In this document: one piece after another, positions 39,435-45,592 of the stretch
Numbering within the stretch: position 1 is the first letter of the stretch
Layout: every line of letters begins with the position of its first letter
Origin: a virus
DNA: 45,592 nt
Virus record (IMG/VR): IMGVR_UViG_3300021956_000002
Span: 1 to 45,592 of that record
Strand: one strand, 5' to 3'
Notes under the pieces: generated by a model
What the model saw: only the letters and a program-made list of their open reading frames with translations
Databases searched by the model: none
Told to the model about the DNA's origin: nothing
Translations under genes and position numbers: made by a program

Positions 39435-39809
39435 ATAGAGTCTAAAAATCTTTATTTACTTAGTTTACTTTGTCCGTAGATACTAAGTTTTCCTATTTTT
39501 AGGGGGGGTCGAGAATTAGCCAAGGTTCTAAGGCTCGCAACCGTTGCAGCCCAACAGCTTCTCTGTATTATCCTATTATTTTGAAACTGGTACTATTGAA
39601 ACAAATAAAAACAAAGAAGGAACTTGGTTGAGACTAGCTAACTAGGGAACAGCCAAAACCGGAAATCGATGTTTTCAAAACTTTTTAGACCTAGAGGGCC
39701 TCGATGACTCAGTTGACTAGGCCTAAAATTCACACAACATAATCTATGTTCTCAATACTGACATAATCTAAGACCTCAGAGACTAAGATTTTCCTTGTAA
39801 TCATTACTA

Positions 39810-39832
39810 TTTGTCAGTATAGTTGACAAAGA
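39810..39832 (+). promoter_or_regulatory. Palindromic operator site 3, immediately upstream of terS, with no convincing -10
   Basis: tTTGTCAgtatagtTGACAAa shares TTTGTCA and AGTTGACAAA with sites 1 and 2. No TAnnnT lies 16-18 nt downstream of TTGACA (39823-39828). Confidence 0.45.
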
Positions 39833-39855
39833 TGACTTGTAAGGAGACGAAGATT

Positions 39856-40374
39856 ATGAGTGACCTTGTGCCTAGTAACTTAGAGATGCTCAAGAGTAAA
39901 CTTAGTAGTGACTGGAAGCCTAACCACCACGTGTACAAGGCCATGGAAGAATATGGTTACTATGGCATAGACTCTACGAGGACTATGGCTTCGTTACTTA
40001 ACATACCTCACAATGACTTTCTAAAGCTAAGTATATTAGACGAAGAAATGATACGTAGGTATGAGCTAGGTAAAGCTAAGTGTAATCTCCATGTAGGTAA
40101 GACTATGACTGACGTAGCCTTAGGCATGGTTACATGTGACCCTTCTCAATACAAAGCTCTTGACTTCCTTTGTACTTCTAGGTTCAGCTATGATCCTGAG
40201 AGTGCTAAGACTAGACTCCAGGAACTAAAGATTAGCCTAGACCACAAAGTCAAACTTAAGAACATAAGACTTCGTACTAAGTACCAAGAAGAGCAAATGG
40301 AGCTTAAGACCACGGTCCTGGCTATGGGTATGACACCAGGTGACGTGGAGTACCTTAAAGGTAATACTAAGTGA
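39856..40374 (+). CDS. Terminase small subunit (by position)
   Basis: ATG 39856 lies 8 nt after AAGGAG (39841-39847 region). 172 aa. GTGA overlap with the terminase large subunit. Confidence 0.45.
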   Translation: MSDLVPSNLEMLKSKLSSDWKPNHHVYKAMEEYGYYGIDSTRTMASLLNIPHNDFLKLSILDEEMIRRYELGKAKCNLHVGKTMTDVALGMVTCDPSQYKALDFLCTSRFSYDPESAKTRLQELKISLDHKVKLKNIRLRTKYQEEQMELKTTVLAMGMTPGDVEYLKGNTK

Positions 40375-41927
40375 ATATCAACCAACGTCTCTTAGATAAA
40401 GCTCTGAGATACCATGCCCAACAAAGAAAACCTAGGGAGGTTCCTGGGTTTCTTGACTTTGTAAAACAAACTTTCTTTGCACTATATAATACTGAGTACA
40501 GAGTGACAAAGCATCATCAAGGACTTTGTGACCTCCTAGAACAATGTGCTAGAAGAGAGTTACCTGAGGGTAAGTTTATCATAGTTGTGAACATAGCACC
40601 ACGTTTCGGTAAGACCCTGATATTCACTCTCTACGTAGCGTGGTGCTATGTTCACAATGGTGGTGCTAACTTTATCTATGTCACTTATTCCAAGGAACTT
40701 AGTTTTTCTTTTTCCAGAGAAGTCAAGGATGCTCTGAAGAATGTTTGTGAGCTTAAAACTATGTTCAAGAAAGATTCAACCAACATCTGGGAAACAGCGG
40801 CACGTGGTAAGTTCCTAGCTACTACGATAAACGGCGTAGCGACAGGGTTCGCTGCAGGAGACTTAGATGGCACAGCTCATGGTGGGGACCTTATCTTTGA
40901 TGACCCTAATAAGATTAGCGATGTGTTCTATGAAGTACGCCGTAACAGCGTCTACGAGAGATTTAACTCTACGTTCAAGTCTCGGCGTAACAAGAGGACT
41001 ATGAAAGGAGGTACGCCGATAATCGTAGTCCAGCAACGTACCCACGTAGATGACCTTAGTGGAAGACTCCTCCAAGATTACAAAGACAACTGTATCCACT
41101 ACGTTGTCCCTGCCTTAGTGAACGGTGAATCTATATTCCCTGAACGTATGGACACAGCCTCTTTATTACTGGAGAAAGAGAACGACCCTTATACTTTCTA
41201 TGCTCAGTATATGCAAGACCCTCGTCCTATGACTGGCGGTTTCTTTAACATGGACAATGTGCAAGTTATTACTTCGTCTGACTTCGAGGAGATGAAGTCC
41301 CAAGTCTTAGTTTACGTAAGGTCTTGGGACTTTGCTGGCGTGGGGTCTAGTGGCTCAGTAATCAAGGAAGACGTGCTACGTAGAGACTGGACTCGAGGTG
41401 TAAAGATTGCCTTTCTTCGTGATTCCATCGTCATCATGGATATGGTTTCCCAACGAGGTCTTACAGAGTGCAATGATATCTTAGTTGATGAAACTTCGTT
41501 ACAGGATGGCTACGGAGTCATACCTTTGTTCCCTGTTGATCCTGGCGTTGCTGGTGAAGCGTTGGTTGAAACTATGAAGAAGTTACCAGGTGTACAGGGT
41601 AAGTTTGCTGAAGGTGTGAAACAGAATGGGTCTAAGATAGTCAGAGCTCAGCCTCTAAAGTTTCTAATAAACAGACGTAAAGTGTATATCATAGATGACG
41701 GTAACAGTGACAACTTTGATTCTATTATGGGCTGGCAATACCCTCTTATGAACGAAGGAGCTAATTTCCCTTTCAGTAAGAACGATGATACCATAGATGC
41801 TTTGTCGCTTGGTGTACTATGGGGCAATGAGAAATTCAAGTACTGTGACTTAGTGACTCACGTAGAAGAACAACGAGACTTTAATCGCTGTACTTTGTTT
41901 GCAGCGGAACAAGGGAGTATTATATGA
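40371..41927 (+). CDS. Terminase large subunit
   Basis: 518 aa. Walker A-like APRFGKT, Walker B DLIFDDP, and VVQQRTHVDDLSG, followed by a C-terminal nuclease-sized domain. Confidence 0.75.
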   Translation: MNINQRLLDKALRYHAQQRKPREVPGFLDFVKQTFFALYNTEYRVTKHHQGLCDLLEQCARRELPEGKFIIVVNIAPRFGKTLIFTLYVAWCYVHNGGANFIYVTYSKELSFSFSREVKDALKNVCELKTMFKKDSTNIWETAARGKFLATTINGVATGFAAGDLDGTAHGGDLIFDDPNKISDVFYEVRRNSVYERFNSTFKSRRNKRTMKGGTPIIVVQQRTHVDDLSGRLLQDYKDNCIHYVVPALVNGESIFPERMDTASLLLEKENDPYTFYAQYMQDPRPMTGGFFNMDNVQVITSSDFEEMKSQVLVYVRSWDFAGVGSSGSVIKEDVLRRDWTRGVKIAFLRDSIVIMDMVSQRGLTECNDILVDETSLQDGYGVIPLFPVDPGVAGEALVETMKKLPGVQGKFAEGVKQNGSKIVRAQPLKFLINRRKVYIIDDGNSDNFDSIMGWQYPLMNEGANFPFSKNDDTIDALSLGVLWGNEKFKYCDLVTHVEEQRDFNRCTLFAAEQGSII

Positions 41928-43435
41928 CAAGGAAGAAACATCAGAAGTCTAAGGACGATGTAAATCTAAGACTAGATTCAGTACAACAAAGTCTTAGTTT
42001 ACTAGGCTCTAGGATGGACTCAGTATACAAGAACATCTTTACTGGGATGGGCACATCTAGAGACATAACAGAGTCAACGGAGATAAAACCTTTTGAGCCA
42101 TATTCTCCGTTGACTCTGGAACATCATTATTCTATGGACCCTATAAAGCGTAAGATCATAGACACTATAGTTAAGTACATATTCAAGGATGGCTTCATTA
42201 TAGAATGCGATGACCCTGAGTATAACAAAGAATTCACTGAGCTCTTTGTTCAGAAGTACCAAGTCTGGTCTAAGTGTAAGAGGCTTGCTACCCAGGGCTA
42301 TGTCTACGGTGACGCTTTTATGTGGTTAGACGTAGAAGGGGCTAAGAAGATAGTCACTAACTATGAGAATAGTAATAGTAACATAAGGTACGTAGAAGAC
42401 ATACCCCTAGTTACTAAGGACGTCAAGGCGATTAGAAAACTTTATGTCTTGTCTAGGTACTTCTTTGCGCCTAACCCTACTGAGATGGACTTTGACTTTA
42501 ACCCTCTTAGCTACTACTTAATTACTACGCCCATCGTTGGCAATTACAATATGAACGCAGCTGAAGGTCAAGAAGCTTATCTTAAACAAATAGAAGACAT
42601 AAAACGTCTACCTAATATGATAGCGAAGTCAATACACCATTCTAGGTTACTTCGTTACTCGGGTATTCAGCTTATGCCTTTTAACTTCAGAACGAATATG
42701 CACTTCCATGATTCCTACATCCGTAAGATAGAAAATGCATCTAGGAATTATAATACTGCAATGGACAACATGGCAACTATGTTATCTAGGATTCCTTTAC
42801 CAATACATAAGATCATGGGTTTAGCTCAGTCTCTAACTAATCCTACTCAGAGACAAGCTCTCGCCGCAGCATTGGATGCTAAGAACAGAGCACGTAGTGT
42901 TCACAATGTATCGGCGATAGACATCCAGGAAGAGTTTGAGTACTACACCCCTACGTTAGCTGGGATAGCTGAGCTTACTAGGCAAGCCCAAGAGAGACTT
43001 TGTCTAGACACCGATATTCCTCATGACGTATTGTTCGGTGAGGGGAGCATAGGTCAGACTACAGGGAGGACTGAGAAGACTACGTTCCAGAGCTTTATTG
43101 ACGCTGAGAGACAAGAGAAAGTTGAACCAATTATACGGTACTTTATGGACTTATTTCAATACACTGATGGACTAAAGATGCCTAAGGAATTCAGTGTTAG
43201 CTTTGAGCACCATGAGTCACTTACTAAGTTAGAAGAAAGCCAAGTGTTTTCCCAGTTAGCTAGTGGTGTAGCTTCCCTCGAAAGTTTTGGTTATGACTGT
43301 GCTGACTTTGTTGAGTCTAGGTACCCAGAGATAACTAAGTCTGAAGAAATGTTAGCAGAGATGAGTTTAGAAGAAGAACTTAGTGGAGATAATGATGAAG
43401 AGAAGAAAGATAAAAAAGACAATAAAGGTAAGTAG
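41924..43435 (+). CDS. Portal protein (DUF1073-like by position and size)
   Basis: 503 aa, directly after terL. Acidic C-terminal tail. Confidence 0.6.
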   Translation: MTRKKHQKSKDDVNLRLDSVQQSLSLLGSRMDSVYKNIFTGMGTSRDITESTEIKPFEPYSPLTLEHHYSMDPIKRKIIDTIVKYIFKDGFIIECDDPEYNKEFTELFVQKYQVWSKCKRLATQGYVYGDAFMWLDVEGAKKIVTNYENSNSNIRYVEDIPLVTKDVKAIRKLYVLSRYFFAPNPTEMDFDFNPLSYYLITTPIVGNYNMNAAEGQEAYLKQIEDIKRLPNMIAKSIHHSRLLRYSGIQLMPFNFRTNMHFHDSYIRKIENASRNYNTAMDNMATMLSRIPLPIHKIMGLAQSLTNPTQRQALAAALDAKNRARSVHNVSAIDIQEEFEYYTPTLAGIAELTRQAQERLCLDTDIPHDVLFGEGSIGQTTGRTEKTTFQSFIDAERQEKVEPIIRYFMDLFQYTDGLKMPKEFSVSFEHHESLTKLEESQVFSQLASGVASLESFGYDCADFVESRYPEITKSEEMLAEMSLEEELSGDNDEEKKDKKDNKGK

Positions 43436-44075
43436 ATTTAGTTTAGGTCTAGAGAAGAGATACGCAGTATGGCTACGTTCTATCTATAAGTCTTTCTGGG
43501 CTTACTCTAGCGTCTACTTAGTACGAGGTCTCCAAGAAGGGAGAGACTTCGGGGACTTTGTACCTAGGGAGTTTATGAAGAAGCTAAGTTACGATGTTAT
43601 CGATGACTTAATAGCTATCTCATTTAATAAGTTACTAAAGGACTTTAAGATGTCTATCCCTGGGGTCGGAGTTGTAACCAGGTTGACTGAGTTTAGGAAG
43701 AACTCAGTAGAAAGTATAGAGAAGAACATAGAAGCTATCTACGAGAAACGTAAGACTCAGCTTACTTTGTTCCGTGAAAGTTCTTTGTTCACTGGAACAA
43801 ATTCTAAAGTCTTCTTAGAGAAGTATAAGAAACCTAAGTTCAAGTTCACTGAGACTACGTCTAGGACAGACATAAATAACCTCAATAGAGACTTATCCAT
43901 ATCTCAAGCTCAGTCTCTAGGTTTGACAGAAGGTATTTGGAGTACTTCAGGAGATGAAAGAGTGAGGAAGAGTCATCGTAAATTGCAAGGAAAGAAAGTA
44001 TCTTTTATGGACTTGCCAGTGGAGTACAATGATTACAATTGTCGATGTGTTATCTTGCCAATTGTTTCGACATAG
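43383..44075 (+). CDS. Minor head protein, Mu F / SPP1 gp7-like. The start is probably ATG 43392 or 43395.
   Basis: The C-terminal SGDERVRKSHRKLQGKKV...YNCRC resembles the D.rVR..H..l.G signature of Phage_Mu_F. Confidence 0.55.
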   Translation: MEIMMKRRKIKKTIKVSRFSLGLEKRYAVWLRSIYKSFWAYSSVYLVRGLQEGRDFGDFVPREFMKKLSYDVIDDLIAISFNKLLKDFKMSIPGVGVVTRLTEFRKNSVESIEKNIEAIYEKRKTQLTLFRESSLFTGTNSKVFLEKYKKPKFKFTETTSRTDINNLNRDLSISQAQSLGLTEGIWSTSGDERVRKSHRKLQGKKVSFMDLPVEYNDYNCRCVILPIVST

Positions 44076-44670
44076 CTTCTTTCAGTTGAGTAGGATTCGT
44101 TACACCTCGTAACATAAGGTTTATAGAACCTTGCAAGGTATAACCAAGTTTCAAGGATTGCTCAGGGGTCATGTCTCTTCTCATACCTTTCTCATGGTAA
44201 CCAAATGCAATCTCGTTGGTTGACTTTGCCAGAGAAACGTAGTAGCCCACGTGACCCTCTTTTCCTTCCAATGTTCTACGCATGTGGTCAGCTACGTTCT
44301 TTTGTACTTGGTTGAGAAAAGCAAAGTCATCACCTCTTACTCTCTTAACTTTGTTTTCTTCGCGCATTCTTTTGAACTCAGCAATGTAAGATTTTTTCCA
44401 AGTCATTGCTTCTTTACCAGTATAACCCATGAGAAGAAGCGTAGTTGCATCTTCGTCGAGAACACACATCTTTTCTTTCCTACGTGCGCCTTGATAAGTT
44501 GAGAATACAAAATTGGATTCTGAGATATGGCCCTCGGAAATAAGATTCTCCACATCTCTTAGAACTATAAAGTGCTCTTTCCCAGTGAATTCAGCAATCT
44601 TAAGGGAAGTAGTAGCTGGGACATTTTTTGAAGAAATTACTTGACAGGAAACTAAGGGTATGTTATTCAT
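44050..44670 (-). CDS. rha: Rha-family phage regulatory / antirepressor-like protein, copy 2
   Basis: PATTSLKIAEFTGKEHFIVLRDVENLISEG. Paralog of 5911..6564. Its 3' end overlaps the convergent Mu-F-like gene by 26 nt. Confidence 0.75.
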   Translation of the reverse strand: MNNIPLVSCQVISSKNVPATTSLKIAEFTGKEHFIVLRDVENLISEGHISESNFVFSTYQGARRKEKMCVLDEDATTLLLMGYTGKEAMTWKKSYIAEFKRMREENKVKRVRGDDFAFLNQVQKNVADHMRRTLEGKEGHVGYYVSLAKSTNEIAFGYHEKGMRRDMTPEQSLKLGYTLQGSINLMLRGVTNPTQLKEAMSKQLAR

Positions 44671-44695
44671 ATAACACCTTTCTGTATTATGTTGA

Positions 44696-44731
44696 TAGAA
44701 CTAGGTTACACCGGCCTAGTTCTAATTTTTT
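44696..44731 (+). terminator. Rho-independent terminator for plus-strand transcripts, sited in the 5' leader of rha copy 2
   Basis: Stem tagaactagg / cctagttcta (44696-44705 / 44715-44724), 9-nt loop, then TTTTTT at 44726-44731. Confidence 0.6.
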
Positions 44732-44830
44732 ATCACAGCAAAGTTCCTAAGTCAACCAACTTATCTTATAGAAAATACTTGACAACTACGTCATGCTATG
44801 CTAGACATAGATATACTCCTTAAAGATGTT

Positions 44831-44861
44831 GAGAGCCCAGGAAACCACTTCTTGGGTTCTT
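44831..44861 (+). other. Long hairpin (13 bp including G-U pairs) in the intergenic region before the head operon
   Basis: gagagcccaggaa / ttcttgggttctt with loop accac. A T-rich tail partly lies within the stem. Confidence 0.4.
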
Positions 44862-44917
44862 TCAGTTTACACGTAGTCTAAAATCAAATAATATTTATAC
44901 AAAGTCTAACTTTTTAC

Positions 44918-44946
44918 TTGACTAATGTTGTGACATATCTGATATT
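44918..44946 (+). promoter_or_regulatory. Candidate promoter for the head-morphogenesis operon
   Basis: TTGACT 44918-44923, 17-nt spacer, GATATT 44941-44946. The resulting leader would be very short. Confidence 0.35.
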
Positions 44947-44962
44947 GGTATTGGAGGACACT

Positions 44963-45592
44963 GTGGTAGTAAGATATGACGGTTTTAGGATAGAAAAATA
45001 CAATAGAACACCCCAAGGTTACTTAGACGTTGCAGGCGTGGTCACTAGAACTGGAGTCTTCGTTTACCACGATGGCAACGAATTACGTAGTGAATCTGAG
45101 GTGCTAAATCCCAAGTCACTTAGTACTCTCAAGGCTTTACCTGTTACTCACAATCACCCACCAGACCTATTAGACCCTGGTTCTACATCAGCCTATATGA
45201 AAGGCTATCTGGGTAGCGAAGGTTACCCAGAGAAAAATGGTGAACTTACCTTACTAAAAGTAGACCACATCATCATCACCGACCCTGTTCTTATAGACGC
45301 TATCGAGACTGAGAAGATAGGTCATATAAGCATGGGTTACAACTGTGACGTAGAACCAGCCAGCGGTGTTTTCGATGGTTTAGAATATACAAAGAAACAA
45401 GTCAACATTGTCTATAATCATTTAGCCTGCGTCGCCCACGCCAGAGGAGGCGAGGTATGCGCAATTTACAAAGGGGACGAAGCTATGGTGTATCGCATAG
45501 ATAACGAAGAAAAGAAAGACGATGACAAGAAGGATATGAAGAAAAAGGATAGTCATCGTAAAAAAGATGACGAAGAAAAATGTGACGATGAC
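44963..45592 (+). CDS. Prohead protease/scaffold-like protein (DUF2213-like), 5' part. It continues through the terminal repeat into window nt 120-584, giving 364 aa on the circle.
   Basis: GTG 44963 lies 4-5 nt after GGAGGA (44953-44958). The frame is open to the window end. VVVRYDGFRIEKYNRTPQGYLDVAGVVTRTGVFVY...LPVTHNHPP...GHISMGYNC...VYNHLACV resembles DUF2213 phage proteins. This ORF is not in the supplied track because it lacks a stop inside the window. Confidence 0.55.
   Translation, partial: MVVRYDGFRIEKYNRTPQGYLDVAGVVTRTGVFVYHDGNELRSESEVLNPKSLSTLKALPVTHNHPPDLLDPGSTSAYMKGYLGSEGYPEKNGELTLLKVDHIIITDPVLIDAIETEKIGHISMGYNCDVEPASGVFDGLEYTKKQVNIVYNHLACVAHARGGEVCAIYKGDEAMVYRIDNEEKKDDDKKDMKKKDSHRKKDDEEKCDDD
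45474..45592. repeat. Terminal direct repeat, partner of nt 1-119
   Basis: Identical over all 119 nt. Confidence 0.95.

Noticed and set aside
39823-39855. The TTG start at 39823 given by the track for the terS ORF.
   Set aside because: That TTG is the first codon-sized piece of the TTGACA arm of operator site 3. The in-frame ATG 39856, preceded by AAGGAG, is a far better start.
38796-39855. A tRNA, tmRNA or retron-type ncRNA in the ORF-free regions, including 6565-7157.
   Set aside because: I found no cloverleaf with a GGTTCGAATCC-like T-arm, no acceptor or anticodon stems and no flanking a1/a2 inverted repeats, and there is no RT gene. This cannot be fully excluded without tRNAscan-SE or Infernal.
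44779-44807. A consensus TTGACA at 44779-44784 as a promoter for a short RNA ending at the 44831-44861 hairpin.
   Set aside because: No acceptable -10 lies at 16-18 nt (it reads TAGACA), and there is no operator half-site. It is kept only as an unexplained hexamer.
1-45592. A lysogeny module (integrase, CI-like repressor, att site), which would explain the presence of two antirepressor-type rha genes.
   Set aside because: No tyrosine or serine recombinase motifs and no repressor-sized HTH gene were seen in any frame. The only HTH ORF is the 70-aa excisionase/AlpA-like protein at 7158. The lifestyle is therefore left open.

Overview
This window is a complete, circularly closed phage genome. 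Nt 1-119 are identical to nt 45474-45592, so the unique length is 45,473 bp. It is an AT-rich dsDNA phage with a contractile-tail gene set. I saw no rRNA, tRNA, CRISPR array, integrase or repressor.

Plus-strand blocks:
- terS, terL, portal and a Mu-F-like protein (39.86-44.08 kb).
- Protease/scaffold, decoration protein, major capsid, connectors, sheath, tube and DUF1353 (44.96 kb, across the window junction, to 5.93 kb).
- HTH protein, SF3-like NTPase and family A DNA polymerase (7.16-10.97 kb).
- Tail chaperone with a -1 frameshift, tape measure, baseplate, three short fibres, a 1794-aa giant fibre and small fibre-like proteins (11.66-28.33 kb).
- Small membrane proteins (28.48-29.48 kb).

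Minus-strand block, read from 38.78 down to 29.47 kb: three pentapeptide-repeat proteins interleaved with small Cys-rich ORFs, two lipoproteins, a GH26-like hydrolase, an SSB-like protein, a PD-(D/E)XK exonuclease, an HNH endonuclease and a GH24 endolysin.

Two Rha-family genes lie antisense at the ends of plus-strand operons, and a third copy survives only as a 5' stub.

Most interesting leads:
1. The duplicated pentapeptide-repeat (DNA-mimic type) cassette array that opens the leftward operon behind a roughly 270-nt leader.
2. The rha/hairpin modules that bracket a replication cassette splitting the tail gene cluster.
3. A 1-kb ORF-free region with divergent promoters, a shared palindromic operator and a perfect 22-bp tandem repeat.
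4. A family of C1q/TNF-like receptor-binding tips on four fibre genes.

All family names are motif-level recall from reading the translations. No searches were run.
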